Origin: the human T2T-CHM13v2.0 reference genome, Homo sapiens
Strand: one strand, 5' to 3'
DNA length: 64,000 nucleotides
Assembly: GCF_009914755.1 (NCBI RefSeq)
Contig: NC_060926.1
Part shown: piece by piece, positions 27,526 to 41,815 of the stretch
Layout of the letters: the number at the start of each line of letters is the position of its first letter
Numbering within the stretch: position 1 is the stretch's first letter
Notes under the pieces: generated by a model
The model's input: the letters and a program-made list of their open reading frames with translations, nothing else
The model's database searches: none
Told to the model about the DNA's origin: nothing
Program-made: the position numbers and the translations under genes

Positions 27526-29499
27526 ATTTAAGGTTAGCTATGTCCATTCTGGTTAATGCTAAGAAACACTAATTGATGTTGATAAAAGTTTTGGTTATGT
27601 AGGTAATAGCTGTGCAAAATAGAATGCAAAAGTACAGTCTCTGAATGTTCATCAATTCAGCAGTTCTATTGAACACCCACTCTGAACCACACGCTATATT
27701 AGACATTGAAATGTCTATGATCTTTAAATGTGTCTACATCAAAGAACCATTTTGAACTCCAATTAACAGCCACTCAGCAATTGTTAGTGACAATAATAAC
27801 TACGATATTTTTGTCATAATTGATTTTCTTTACAAATTATCGTTAGACATAGAGCAAGCTAAACAAAACTTTAAGATTTTAGTAAACATTTTATTTGCCA
27901 AGACATAAAATTTTCTTAAGTTCTGATACCTCTAAAGCTGAAGAGGTAAATCTGTATTTTATAGATTCATTCTAGATGAATTATTTAAATAAAATAGTCT
28001 AGGACCTCACTCTACTTGCTTACAAAATAAAAACAATACATTTAGATCTATTTTTATTAAACTGCTACCTAGAATTAAAGCAAGTAGAAATAAGATGTTG
28101 TTCAGAGTTACAAGAAAATTTTCTTCGATTCATTTCCCTTGTCTTACATTATCCCCAGCCTCCTATTCTCACCCTACCCTCAGCCCCATCCCCTAAGCTG
28201 GCTTCTAACATCTCATAGTAACTGAATGGTCATTCTTACCTCAACTCTTAACCAGTGCTATAAGAAAGTATATTGCCCTGTGTGGGCAAAAGTTTTAACA
28301 AACTCTTTTCCTTCAGCATGAGAATTTGACCTTCTTTTAACTCTAGCTCTGTTTCCTTGGTAATCTGATAAGGGTAGTATGTCAACTGTGTTAATAGACA
28401 ACATTGCTTATGGTAGAAATAACCCCTAATTGGTAAGCTTCATCTGAACTGGTAGCACTACAAACACCTGGCAGGAAGCCATATCTTTGGGTCTCTCTGT
28501 ATGTGGTGACTTATAAGTGGACATGTCCCTTGATTCTGGCAGCTGTGGCCATTGAGTTGTTACAAGAAATATTGGCTCTGGTGGGGCATGAAGCCTCTAG
28601 GTCAGTGCAGCTCCCTCACCTGCTTGATGTAAATCTCAAGTTGTACCTAAGCTGCGATCTAAGAGGCCAGGAAAAAAAAGCTCCTAGATAGCTATGTGAA
28701 CCACTACATGGAACCTGCAGAGACTCCTGCAGAAGAGGAATACCTGATTCTGCCCTACTCACATGCATTAGTTCTTGTCCTGTAATATTCTGGGTGGACA
28801 GGTGCTCAGGATGGCCTATGGTTGTCCCGTGAATTTGCACATTCAGTTGAACCTAAGGAGACCTCTTAGTGGGCATTGAAGATCTGACTACCTTTTGTTT
28901 CTTGGATCTTACTGAGAGAGAAATGTAATGAAAGAATGGAAGCAAAGATTTTTGATTGGTTATTTCACAGTGATGCTGTCTCTGTGTCATAGTACCCATA
29001 TGTTCTGAATCTAAGAGCTCTTGTCACACAGGATTGTTGAAGGAATACTTCCAGCAGGTAACTTCTGTGGCAAAAAGTCTGGTGTGGCTGTACACTACAG
29101 TATTTGTGCATTCATCAAATATTCTCCTGATCATGTATTGATAGGTTCCTTTTTTCTGTTTTTATGTTTTAGAGACTATCTTAAGAAGTCAGGAGGTGAC
29201 TGGTGATAATTGTAACTAATTAGCACTTAGTGGATACATTATTTCACTCTTCACTATATTATTGTTCTCTGTATCATGTTGATAAGATTCTTCTAATTTT
29301 ACTAATAATTTGATTCTTTTGTTTAAGATTGGACCTTTAAGGTCATTTATAAGGAAGCTATTCAGTCCTTGATTATAATTTTAAGTAATGCATTATAACC
29401 AATAGGTGAGAGAAAATATCACAGTTTTTTAATAATTGAAAAACACTTAGACTAAAACCAGTTTTTCTAGTAGTACAGGATTCATTCATTTAAATTTTT

Positions 29500-29950
29500 G
29501 TCTGTGTTACAGAAACAATGTGTCTTCTCTTTTGGAAAATTAAAATGTATGGATACATGAGAAAAAAAATTCAGAATATCTGATTCCCTTACTCAGAGAT
29601 ACCCAGTGTTAGCAAGCATGTTTTGCATTCCAAACCTTTTGTTACTCTGTGTGTATAAATGGAGAGAAAGGTGAGGGGGAGCAAGTAAGACAGAGGAGGG
29701 ATGTGTTTATTTATATTATTTTTGTAATGGGATCAAAATGTGCATACTGTTGTGAATCTTTTTTTCACTTGATCCATCTTGAATTTATTTTTATGTCAAT
29801 ACATATTCATCAACATTGTTTTAAAATACAGAATAGAAACTAAATGGAAGTATCATAATTTATTTGATCAATCCACTATTGTTGGCATTCATAGTTTTTT
29901 TTTAATGATAGGAATCTCTCTTCAACAGCTCACAATAAATGATCATACAG
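29500..29950 (-). mobile_element. ancient L1ME 3' fragment
   Basis: CAGAGATACCCAGTGTTA, CTTTTTTCACTT, ATCATAATTTATTTGATCAATCCACTATTGTTGG. Confidence 0.5.
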
Positions 29951-30125
29951 CTATTGCTTTTTTCTAGATTTAACATTTATATTAAATATCATCTTATAGT
30001 ATGCTACTGTATTTAGAAGCTATGTCACAATGCTGGGTAATAAGGAGTTTGTGGGGAACTAGAGCAGGCAGTTTTTGTCTATACAAGCCGCTGTTAAACC
30101 ACTTTTCCCTGACCTTTTTAATGTC

Positions 30126-30149
30126 TTAATTAATTAATTAATTAATTAA
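30126..30149. repeat. (TTAA)6 self-complementary microsatellite
   Basis: Direct reading. Confidence 0.9.
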
Positions 30150-30255
30150 AATACTGAGTAAAAGCAAAGGACAAAGGTGGACTCTCCCTGAACACCTCTC
30201 TTTACATTGGCATAGCACTCTACTTTGAGAAGCAAGATTGTTAAGCCATTGGTGA

Positions 30256-30776
30256 TTCTTTTTTAATTTTTTAAAGTGATACACAATATTTGTACCTTTT
30301 TATGGGTTACAAGTGGTATTTTTTTACATACATAGACAGTGTAATGATTAAGTCAGGGTATTCAGTTTAGCCATCATCTTGAGTAGTTATCATGTCAATG
30401 TGTGGGGAACATTTCAAGTCCTCTCTTCAAGCTATTTTGAAATATGCAATAATTGTTGTTAACTGTAGTCACCCTGTTCGGCTGTGGACATTGGAATGTA
30501 TTCCTTCTATCCAGCTGTATGTTAAGGCCCATTTACCAGCCTCTCTTCATCCTCTCCATTCCCCCACCACAAACAGCCTACTTAGCCTCTGGTTACTATC
30601 ATTCTACTCTCTACCTCCATGAGGTCAACTTTTTTAGCTCCCACATATGACTGAGAGCATGTCATGTTTCTCTTTCTGTTCCTGGCTTACTTCACTTAAC
30701 ATAATAACCTCCAGTTCTATCCATGTTGCTGCAAATGACAGGATTTCATTCTTTTTTATGCCAAGTAGTATTTTAT
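30256..30776 (-). mobile_element. L1MA-type 3' end, 5'-truncated
   Basis: TTTTTAGCTCCCACATATGA, CCATGTTGCTGCAAATGACAGGATTTCATTC; TSD CATTGGTG at 30247-30254 and 30777-30784. Confidence 0.9.
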
Positions 30777-31301
30777 CATTGGTGCTATGTGATAGTAGAC
30801 ATTTAGTGATTTGATATTGGTAGCATGTTTGCTACTAGTAGGGCAGAGAGCTAATCCCTACTATTTTTTCCAAAAATATTACAACCATTGTTAAAACATA
30901 AATCATTAAGAGAGCCACTATAAAAATAAGTTTAAAAAATTCTCAGGCAAAATGACCATTTTGTTTTTATCATGGTGGTACCAAGATTACTTAATAGAGA
31001 AATTGGTAGGATAGAGGGTATAAAACTCTGAGGGCCATATCTCCAGTTTATATTTCACTGTTTTGTCCAAAGGTATATGTTGGAAATCCTTGGTTCATTG
31101 CTTTGTTAAACTTCATGCCATTCTGATACTACCTGGCACATTTTAGGTTTTTAGAATTATAGAAAAGCCTGGCAACTTCTCTAGTGTGAAAGTTGAAAAT
31201 GCAGAAATAACATTAAACAGGATCTTAATACTATTTTATTTACACAACAGTCTATTTAAAATGGAAGTGTAAAAATTAACTATAATAATACCATAAATTA
31301 A

Positions 31302-31631
<330 letters not shown>

Positions 31632-31734
31632 TAACAAAATAACAGACATATATTAAAATATTAAGAATCATTTTGTTCAAAGTCAAAAATCACTAATACG
31701 GGCCTTTTTCTTTCTCTCTGTGTTTAGATATATC

Positions 31735-31740
<6 letters not shown>

Positions 31741-31770
<30 letters not shown>
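31741..31770. repeat. (TG)15 microsatellite
   Basis: Direct reading. Confidence 0.97.
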
Positions 31771-31778
<8 letters not shown>

Positions 31779-31824
31779 GATATGGGTTTATGTATATGTA
31801 AATGTGTGAATATTTAGCAGGAAG

Positions 31825-32030
31825 CCACAATTATTGAGGCAGGTATTGTGGTAAGTCACTTTATATTCTCATTTAATCCTTCTAATAATCTAGTGAAATA
31901 ACTACTATTTTTATCCCCATTTTTGAGATGAGAAAAGTGACTTCTAGAGAGAGGAAGCAACTTGTGCAGGATTACGCAGTCATTAAATTATAGACTTTGG
32001 AACTTACATAAGATCTCTCAGTGCTTTATG
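31825..32030 (-). mobile_element. MIR
   Basis: CTCATTTAATCCT...ATCCCCATTTTTGAGATGAGAAAAGTGA. Confidence 0.75.
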
Positions 32031-33937
32031 ATATTGTAGCTAACAGATATGCTCAATATGTTTTTACCTGTTGTAGAATCCAGATCATTAAAAGAAAAGA
32101 TATTTGCTCTGTGATAATTCAGCATTACGTTTATCCTCTTAAGTTTTCTCCGGCTTCCCTCTGTCTTTAGAATGCGTTCTGTGTCTAAACTTTTGAAAAA
32201 CAAAGCCCATTGCTTTTGTCCTACAAATATTTCATAGAGGATGCTACGTTGGCTATCTCTCTTTTTAAGTTGAAAATAGAATAAGAATTTAACTTCACAT
32301 GAGAACATAAGAATAAGAATGCTCTAGGTTTTGTAATCATTAAGTTTAGTTTTTAAAAAATGTTCATTGTGAATCATAATCCTAAATTTGAAAGATCATG
32401 TGAAGAAAATGTTAAAAGCTTATTGGACAGTACATTTAAAAAAGTCTTGCATGTTCAGACATTTTCATCCTCTAGAGGAAATCATAGCTAAATATACGTA
32501 TCTGTACTTCTTGTTTTAGCCTTTGTATACCAGTGTTTATTCACCTAGAGAATTCAGTATTCTAATTTGAAGATAGGTTCTACCCTGCTCATACTATTCA
32601 ATATAATAATAGCACTTATCGTCATAGATATACTGGCTTGAGACTTGAAATTCAAGTGAAAAATACCTTTGGGTAATTAGACTACACAAACTTATGTAGT
32701 TACCTGAAATCTGCATAGTAAAAATGAATCATCATTTAGTTTAAAATAAATTTACTAAATTATAACATCTGACACAATGCCATCCAGTAGGATAACATAT
32801 TTAAAATGTATGGGCCGAAATGTAGACTTTAGTATTTATAGGTAAGACTTCTATTATAGAAATCATCATCATGGTTTGCTTTGTATCTAAAAACAAATTC
32901 TCTATGTATATAAGTTATATAGTGTAAACAAAAGTAGTAGATCCTTTTGTGAATTATTTAAGCTTAGAATTTTTTTTCTGGGAATAGAACATATATACCA
33001 ACCAAAGGTTTGATTCAGCGGTAAATTGAATGATTTTAGATTTAATACGACGTGCCTCTTCAGTTCTTTAGGCACATGTGAATTAATTGTTGCATGAAAA
33101 CTGAATAAAGTGACACTTGATTGCCCCTGATAATGAGATCCTTAGTTTCTGTAAGAGGCTGCTGTGTTATGAATACATCAGATTTAGTTATTAACTAAAA
33201 AGTTTTTTTCCAAATTTTCATGTCCTAGGAAGGCTAGATCAATTGGATCTGACTGGGGGTAATATTTCTTTTCAACAGTGGTAAATGTTTATGAATCTTT
33301 CCAATAAGCTTTCTAAACCACAGTGATTTGGTTGAGAAATACAGATTTCTGGTTGTATTTTGTTAATGTTCTGGAGTACCTATATCCAGCTCTAAAGTTT
33401 AGCTTTTTAACAAAAAATGATATAGGAGATGAAGTGATAGACAGCTGGTGGGTTATTCCCAAGGCCTTAGGCACCCTCCACCCCACCCCACCACCATAGA
33501 ACTGGCTGAGAATCCTTAGATAGAAATATTTCAGGTTTTTTTGTACTGATTTAATCTAAATAACTTGCACTTCTTAGAAGTGTGAGTTTCTCGCTGTGAT
33601 GTTTTTCTATTACTGTATGCCAAGGAGATAGATCAGCTTAAGACCCCTACTGTGGTGATGAAGTCAATGTAGAAGAGAAAATGCTCACCATTGTCTTAAT
33701 TCTAGATTTATCATTTGGGGTAGGGGGTAGCAGGTATAGGCAATCACACAGCCCAATAAACATTTTCTCCTGATGTACAAATTAAACTCTTGGAGTTATG
33801 CGGTGGGGATATTAATATAAGGGGTGGTTTTGAAGTTGATGTTAAAAGTCAGTGTCATAGTTTTTCATGGATCAAAACTGTATAAATGATTTTATCACTC
33901 TTCCTTCCTTGCTCTTACATTTAAAAGCTTTGCCTCA

Positions 33938-34030
33938 GTGGAAACAACTTAAATGTCTATCAGTAGGGGATTATTTAACTATATATGGTACATTCTTATA
34001 ATGGCATACTGTATAACCATTAAAAATGAC
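33938..34030 (+). mobile_element. L1ME 3' fragment
   Basis: TGGAAACAACTTAAATGTCTATCAGTAGGGGA...TATGGTACAT. Confidence 0.6.
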
Positions 34031-34049
34031 TTCTACATACATACAAGTA

Positions 34050-34300
34050 AAAGTTATTAATATTTATCAAGCACATACACTTAATGTGCTAGACACTATT
34101 CTAGGAAATGACCATGGAATGTCTCATTGTATCTACACAACAACCCCATGAGAGAGGTACTATTGTTATCCCTATTTTAAAGATGATTTACTTGAGATTG
34201 AGAAAAATAAATCACCCAAGGTCACACAGCTATAAAGAAATGCCAAGTTATGGACCTAGGCAGTCTGATTCTATAGCAAGTGTTACTAACTACTGTGCCA
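34050..34300 (-). mobile_element. MIR
   Basis: CACAACAACCCCATGAGAGAGGTACTATTGTTATCCC...CCCAAGGTCACACAGCTA...CCTAGGCAGTCTGA. Confidence 0.8.
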
Positions 34301-34928
34301 TATGCCATAACTACTATGTGGCTGGTATAGAAATGTGCATTTTTTATAAATCAACAGGTAAAACAGCATATCATGTATAGCTTGATACTGTTTACATAAA
34401 ATTGTTGCCCCTGGTTATTTTGGGCTTATAGGATACCAGATAATCTTTTTTTTTTCTTTTAAGATTTTTTTTATCAGTGAATATTTAGAATTTTTCTAAT
34501 ATAAAGATATCAATAAAACTTTTGTATTTTGTAAACAATAAGTAAATCACTGCTCAAACTAATTTCTCCTCCACTTCTCTCAGTTAAGTGTTTCTTCCTT
34601 TCCCTATCAATTTTGGTGCTTTGACTTCTATGAAGCAGCAATTATACTGCTTAGTCTGCTTACCTTCAGCAACACTCTAAGTGTTAAAAGGACCTTCTAC
34701 ATTTGTAATTTGTTTGTATCTTATTTGTAATTCCTTTGGATTCTTTCTCTTTCCTTTGTAAAACTCTATCATATTTAGCTTGGTGTTCATTGGACTTCCA
34801 ATAAATATTGATGAGGTAAAAACAAAGTCTAATGTGAGCATTCTGGTTTAACAGTTTTATAGGTTATACTATTTCCTTTTAGAAAGAGTTTTGGATATAA
34901 CCGGAAACTAGTAACTTCAAAGGAATAG

Positions 34929-35263
34929 TTTGTTTTTTTTTTGTTTTTTTTTTTGTTTTTTTTTTTTGTTTTTTTTTTTTGAGATGGAGTCTTGCTCTGT
35001 CGCCCAGGCTGGAGTGCAGTGTCGCCATCTCGGCTCACTGCAACCTCTGCCCTCCCCGGGTTCAAGCAGTTCTCCTGCCTCAGCCTCTTAAATAGCTGGG
35101 ATTACAAGGAGCCTGCCATTGCGCCCAGCTAATTTTTGTATTTTTAGTAGAGACGGGGTTTCACCATCTTGGCCAGGCTGGTCTTGAATTCCTGACCTTG
35201 TGATCCACCCACCTCGGCCTCCCAAAGTGCTGGGATTACAGGCGTGAGCCACCACACCCAGCC
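34929..35263 (-). mobile_element. AluSg-type with long punctuated T tail
   Basis: Full dimer; TSD AGGAATAG. Confidence 0.95.
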
Positions 35264-35924
35264 AGGAATAGAATTTTACATGAGGATGTGGCAGTAATGA
35301 TTTGGAAATGATCATATGTGGCTAGAGGAATGCTGTTCTTCTCTTTCCTCCAAACTCTGTTATAGTATTATTCGAGGGTCTTGGAGAATAAAGACCTCCT
35401 CTAGAGAGGACCACCAGAGAAAAGCATCCTCTGGGTTTCTGTTAAGACAGAGGTGTCAAAAAGCATTTTTGAAGACATGAGGCATACGGGATTGTCAATT
35501 GTTAATTATGAAATATAGCAGCAGTAATAGAGATGCAGTAGAAAAGCTTTGTGGGAAGAGATTATTGGAAAGATGGCTCAGGGAAGAAGCAGCCCAGAAT
35601 AGAATAAGGCAACTAAGGAAGACTGTACATGACTGTGGAAGAGGGGTCTACATGTCAGAGTGTGGCCAAAGATGACAGGGCTGTAAGGGAGAAACTGAGA
35701 CTTAAATATTCAGTCAGTTTTATTTCTTTGTTTTTTGATAATCAGAGGCAAAGGTAAAAACGTATTTACTGTTTGAAACCAGAATGAGGGTCTAGAACCC
35801 TGCCACCATATCTCTTTTTCCTTGCCTCATTTCCATCCTGTGGCCCATCTTACATCAGGCATTAGCCTGGGCTAAGAGAAATGGAAATAGTTTTCCTAAA
35901 GAAGTCATAGCATCAAGTTATTAA

Positions 35925-36200
35925 AACTTTTTTCATCCGTAAATATTTCTGTCTGTATATCTAAAAGATAAGGACTCAATTTTAAAATTACTACATTATC
36001 ACACTTCTAAAAAATTAGAAATACTCCTTAGCTATGAGCATTGCACCAGTCAGTTTTCAGATTTTTCTGATTGTATTATAAGTGACTTCTTGTGGGTCTT
36101 TTTTTTTTTTTAACAGTTGTTTGTTTGAATCAGGATCTAAATAAGATCCATATGTTGCAATTGGTTAATGTATTCTTAAGTGTTTCTGAATCTATAGGCG
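35925..36200 (-). mobile_element. L1MC-like 3'UTR fragment
   Basis: TCTAAAAGATAAGGACTC, TTGTTTGAATCAGGATCTAAATAAGATCCA. Confidence 0.6.
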
Positions 36201-36769
36201 TCTCACTCAGGATTAATAATTGATTAGACTTTTATAAGTACAGTTTCTGTAACTGTAGTGATTTTAAAAAGTAATAATTTATATTGCAAGAGTTAAATAT
36301 ACCAGTAAGATCTATTCTCAGTATGGGCTTAAATATAATTAAAATTCCACAGCTTGGAATCGTATCCAGTTTTTTATTCAGTGCCCACATAAATGTATTA
36401 ATGATCAAAATAATTAGTTTGCAAGAAATCAGGAGCCACTAGTAATTGGCCAACTTATTCTATTGTAAATAACGTCTGTATAGTTATTTTCTTAATTTGC
36501 CCTAAAATCATGGCCTTAGAAAGTAGTAGTATCCTGATTATCCAATGCTAGTTAAAGAAAACATATCACAAAAATTAAATGTTTAGAGATTTTTCCTACT
36601 TTACCAATAGGAACTAATTTGAAAACTCAAAGTCGTCGTTTTTTGTTGTTGTTGTTGTTTTCTTTTGCAGAGTGATAAAGATGTTTCTGTCTTTCTGCTT
36701 TGTACTACAGCCCAATATTGGTTTTAAAAAAGGCTCCATGTAGCCTGAAGAAGCAATAATGATTGGTAG

Positions 36770-37115
36770 TATATCAGTCAAGATGGGCTATATTATGAAG
36801 TAATGAGAAATAACCACAAAACCTCAGTGGTTTAAAAACAACAAAGGTTTATTTCTTGCTCTCCTTGCATGTCCATCATGGTCAGCAGCATCTCTTTTTG
36901 TAATAGTCACTTAGGGACTTTGTGTAGCAGCCACCATTTCAATCATTTCTTTCATCATGCTGGAAAGAAAGACAAAAAAAGAGGCCTCAGAGGTCTGACA
37001 TCTGCAATTAAATGTTCCAGCTTAGAAGTCACACATTCAATCACAAGGAAGCTGTGAAGTTAGTCTTCTAGGTGCCAGTGAGAGAAAGACCAGCTATTGG
37101 TGAGCAGTACAGATA
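36770..37115 (-). mobile_element. old MLT1 (MaLR) LTR
   Basis: AAACCTCAGTGGTTTAAAAACAACAAAGGTTTATTTCTTGCTC; GCAATTAAATGTTCCAGC.TAGAAGTCACAC. Confidence 0.7.
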
Positions 37116-37184
37116 ACTAACAGAGGTTATCATTGTAATAATAGGTTAAGTGATAATTCTATTACTAGCTTCTGATAAATCTGT

Positions 37185-37350
37185 TCACTCATTTATTCAT
37201 TTACTCAGTTATTCATCAAATATTTATTAAGTAACTGCTATGTACAAGTTACTGTACTAGACAGTGGGAACATTGAAGTGAATAAAACGCATCCATCCCT
37301 CTTCTCTAAGTTCTCATAGTCTAGTAGAGGCAAACCACAAGTAATTTTAT
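37185..37350 (-). mobile_element. L2 3' terminus
   Basis: (TTCA)n-like tail, ATTCATCAAATATTTATTAAG, CTCATAGTCTAGTAG. Confidence 0.7.
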
Positions 37351-37352
37351 AT

Positions 37353-37563
37353 TGGAGATTGGCAAACTATTGCCTACCGGCCACATCTGCCCTGCAGCTT
37401 GTTTTTGTGTGTCCCATAAGCTAAGAATGTCTTTCACATTTTTAAAGGGTCAGGAAAAGAAATGAATGAAGGGGACTATGCAACAGAGACTGTTAAGTGG
37501 CCTGCCCACAGCCTGAAATATTTACTGTCTAATCCTGCACAGAAAAAAGTTTGCTGACATCTG
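37353..37563 (-). mobile_element. MER58-family hAT MITE
   Basis: GGCAAACTA...GCTAAGAATG...GCCTGAAATATTTACTGTCT...AGAAAAAAGTTTGCTGAC. Confidence 0.8.
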
Positions 37564-40035
37564 TTCTATAATAACTGTACTTAAATTTGAAGCTCTTCAA
37601 ACTAACTGCTCTCTAGCCCATTGTCAAAAGTCACAGAATTGTCTTGTAAGCTCCACATATCTCTTAATAGTGTGCCTTTTGTTTAATCTGATACTTTATT
37701 TCATGGAAATATAAATCTTTTCCTGTGTCTTTGGAATGGCAATTTTATTGGCATCTTGAGTTGTCTTGTTACTGGGCATTGTAGGCATAGGTGACTATTT
37801 GATTTGTTGCATAGTTAGGTAGCTGTGAGATGGCCAGACTCTTAAATGTCTTTATGCAGATATTAAGTAATGACTTGTTTTGGAACAGGAATTATAGCAA
37901 CCAAGAGGATACCTGCTTCCTTAGTTTTAGAAATCAAAGTCAGAGAATGGAAGTACATAGAAGTAGATTTTTATCTTCTCTACTATGGACTGGGTAACTC
38001 TATTGAGGATAATTTTAAACGGAGTAAGAGACTGTGGTTCAAAGTGTATAGAATGTAAAAACAATATATAGTGTCCTGCTCCATATGAAGCACTTGTTGA
38101 TAATACCTAAGGACGTGTAAGAATCACTCATGGTACTCAAATTCATAATAGAGGAGGAGGGTATTTTGATTCAGACTGAGAGGAGTGGGATTGTATAAAA
38201 CAAGTCTGGATTGTTCTAAAGCAGTTTTTGAGGAAAAATCTGCAGAAGATGTGACTTTTATAGCATGAGGGTAGGGTGAACAACAGGAAGGAAATGATGC
38301 CTTGAACTTAATACATAATATACTCTCATATTGACCATCAGAGCTCAATTTATGATAGAGTTGGGAGACTCGATAGATTAAAGAAGTCTGCTAAATTCCA
38401 CACCAACTTTAGGATCTACTTAAGGTGTAAGGGGTTCTGTTATGTGGAATGTAGAATGTCAATGCCAAAAACACCTGTTCAGCAACAGTTTGTAGAATTC
38501 TAGATGGCCTTGGTAAAGGACATTTCCTATGCCGTTGAGTTGCTTATAGGAACTAGATTTTTATATTTTTGGGAAAAATCCTCTTTCAGATCTGTTGCTT
38601 CAGAGCTTGTATCCTTAACCATCATTCTGAACTCTTATAAGGATTAGAATCAATTTCCTTAACAGTGAACAAGTGTATTTTTCCAAGTGATTCCTAAGGT
38701 TCTTTCTAGTTTTTTGGCTGATTATGACAGTCAAAAATGACAGCCCTGGCTCAGGTCTGTGACTCCAGTAACTCTAACCAGATTCTGAGCTTATATACTA
38801 GATGTCCTATGTATCCAGTGGGTGATCATTTACTTGTATGTCAGATTGACAAAGTATTTTACCAGTCTTCTATTTGTTTGGAGACTACCAGATACACACA
38901 AGATATGCCAGTGCTTACTATGGATTACATACAGTCCACTTCTCCTGGCTATTGACTGTTACCATATGTAATTCTGAGATTATCATTTAAAATCTCCTTT
39001 TCCTTGTATAGTCATTTTATTGTTAATTTCCATAAAATGAACTGCTCGACCACATAGTCCCTGCAAATGTACCATTATATAACAAGGTCGTATGACTGAC
39101 TGCTCTTTCTACAGTAGCTAAAATAGCGTAAGTATATATTATCCATTGGAACATCTAACATATATTCTTTGACTCTTTCAGAGCTGATATCTACATTACA
39201 AATAAAGTGTTTTTGTTGGTAATTGTGGGCTTCTTTTGGTTAATGATAATTGCAAATGTAACTTCATGTAACTGGATATCATAGCCATAAAGTAATTTGG
39301 ATTAGCCAATAATCCTGACTTTATGTTGGAAAATTTAATATTGTAAAAGAACAAGTGTGTTAATTATTTTATTAATTGCCCCATTGTTCATGGAGACAAG
39401 TGCTACAGACTGGAACAAATGACCCCATACCCAACTTTTAAGACATGCTTATAGGAAAATGTTTAATATTGTTCACTCATCTCCCTATGGTAGTGATCTT
39501 CTTGATGCATAGCTTTATAGCTTCCCTGTCTTTATTTTGACTGTCCACTGAAATGTATTTCCAGGTCAAAAACATTACAGTTTTAAAAACAAAATTTAAG
39601 TGGTGAAGTGTCTAAAGTTATTCATTGCCACCTAAGCCAGTGCTAATTCATAAAATGCTGACCTGGGATCTCAGCAGAATTGTGAATAGTTTGCTTCTAT
39701 CTTCCAATTTCAAAATGACTGACTTTGTGTGTTTGGTCTAGCCTCATCCAGCCTTAAGCAATGGTTTTCAAATGTTTTACAGGATGATAGTAGTATTGGC
39801 AGCAAGCTCAATCGATGAGGATATTGTTATAGTTATAGAATCATAGTCAGTTTTGATAATACAAACTAGAGAAAGTGAAGCTTCATATAATCTTCTTGGC
39901 TAGTGAGCATATAGAGAAAATACACCATCTATATGTGCCTGAAATTCTCAAGTTAGAGAGGCAGTCTCTGCCAGTCCACTGCATCTCCATCCCACTTCTA
40001 CTTGTGTCTACTCTCCTCTCTTAAAACTTGCTTTT

Positions 40036-40397
<362 letters not shown>

Positions 40398-41699
40398 TCA
40401 AGGCTAGTTAATTTAATAAAGTGTGTTGTCATGATGTTAATAGATTCTAATTTATCTCTATCAGGTAAAGACATTGAATAAAATAGTGACTCTTCTGGAA
40501 TTATTAAAACAAAACAAAATCGAAACAAACAAGAACAATAGAAAACCCTTGGTCTTATTGTGCAAAGGAAGTTTAGGATTAAGGTGAAGGTGATGTTGGA
40601 AGGCATGGAAATAGGGGCAGCAGGTTAATCTTTCCCTCAATTACAGCAGGCAGGCATTCATGTACTGAATGTTTGAGTCAGTTTTGGTACAATGGAAGCA
40701 TTTCTGTCTCAATGTATTAAAATCATAATCCTTCAATAAAATTAGTGTATATGGAAATTCATTATATTTCATATTTAGTTTCAGACACATCTCCTATAGA
40801 TAGCTAGTTTCCAAGTAACTTCAAAAAATGATCTAGGAATATTAAATTGTAAGAAAAGCAGAGTTTATTAATTTTATTCAACAGCAAATTTGAAGTACAT
40901 ATTCATGATAATATGAAAACAACTTTTTGCTCTATATATAATAATGCTTTTTTTAAAAAAAATCTGGCATCCACTTTTGAAACTAGCATTGTTTAGGCTT
41001 AAATCTTTTAGTATTGGACCCTAATTTAAAGACTAGTTAGGTTTAAATAGACATTTTATTTCCATTCTTAAAGTTTTTAGATGGCCTGGGGGAAAGATGA
41101 ATACACATCTTGCTGTTTTGCTGATTTGTGAATCTACTAAATTTAAAAGGAAATAAAATTATGAAGTAGTGAAAAATACATAACATACAACCTAGGTCAA
41201 AGGTATTTGAAATTATTATATATTATGATAGCAGCTATGTAAATATGCAATGGTTTAAACATTTAAAAAGTATTAGAAGCAAATGTATGGAAATTCTGAG
41301 TGATTGTATTAAGGTGCTAAGATAAGAGCCTTTTTTCTTCTAGATTCTGATTTTTCTGTAATATGGTTGTACTTTTATGATGAGAAGAATAAATACGTTT
41401 TAACAAAATGCAATATAGGAAGCTAAGATTAAATACGGAAAACCATTTGCTGCTTCTAATTATGGAAAATGTTTCAACGGCACTTATATTAAATATAAGG
41501 ATATTTCATGTACCCAAAAGACTATATTTTCTATAGAGTATATTTCAGCATAAGAACCAGCTCACAGCTCAGAGTGTCAGGGTGCTAGGCAATCTTCAAA
41601 ATTAATGTCCAATAAATTTTAATGTAAAAGGGTCTAAATAAATGTTAACTTGTTTATTGTCTCCTCCAAACTTCTTCATTCCCTCCAACAGTTTGAATA

Positions 41700-41815
41700 A
41701 AGTACAAAGGTAGGGTTCTTGACTGTCTTTTAAAATTGTTATATCTTTAGCATTTAGAACAGTTTCTGGGAGAAAGTAGGAGCTTAATGGTATTTGTTGA
41801 ATGAATGAATAAATA
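41700..41815 (+). mobile_element. L2 3' terminus
   Basis: AGCATTTAGAACAGTTTCTGG...TATTTGTTGAATGAATGAATAAAT. Confidence 0.7.

Noticed and set aside
38130-39180. Possible CR1/L3 relic; likewise a possible Tigger-like relic at ~46290-46720
   Set aside because: Too degenerate to call by eye; needs a Dfam HMM search
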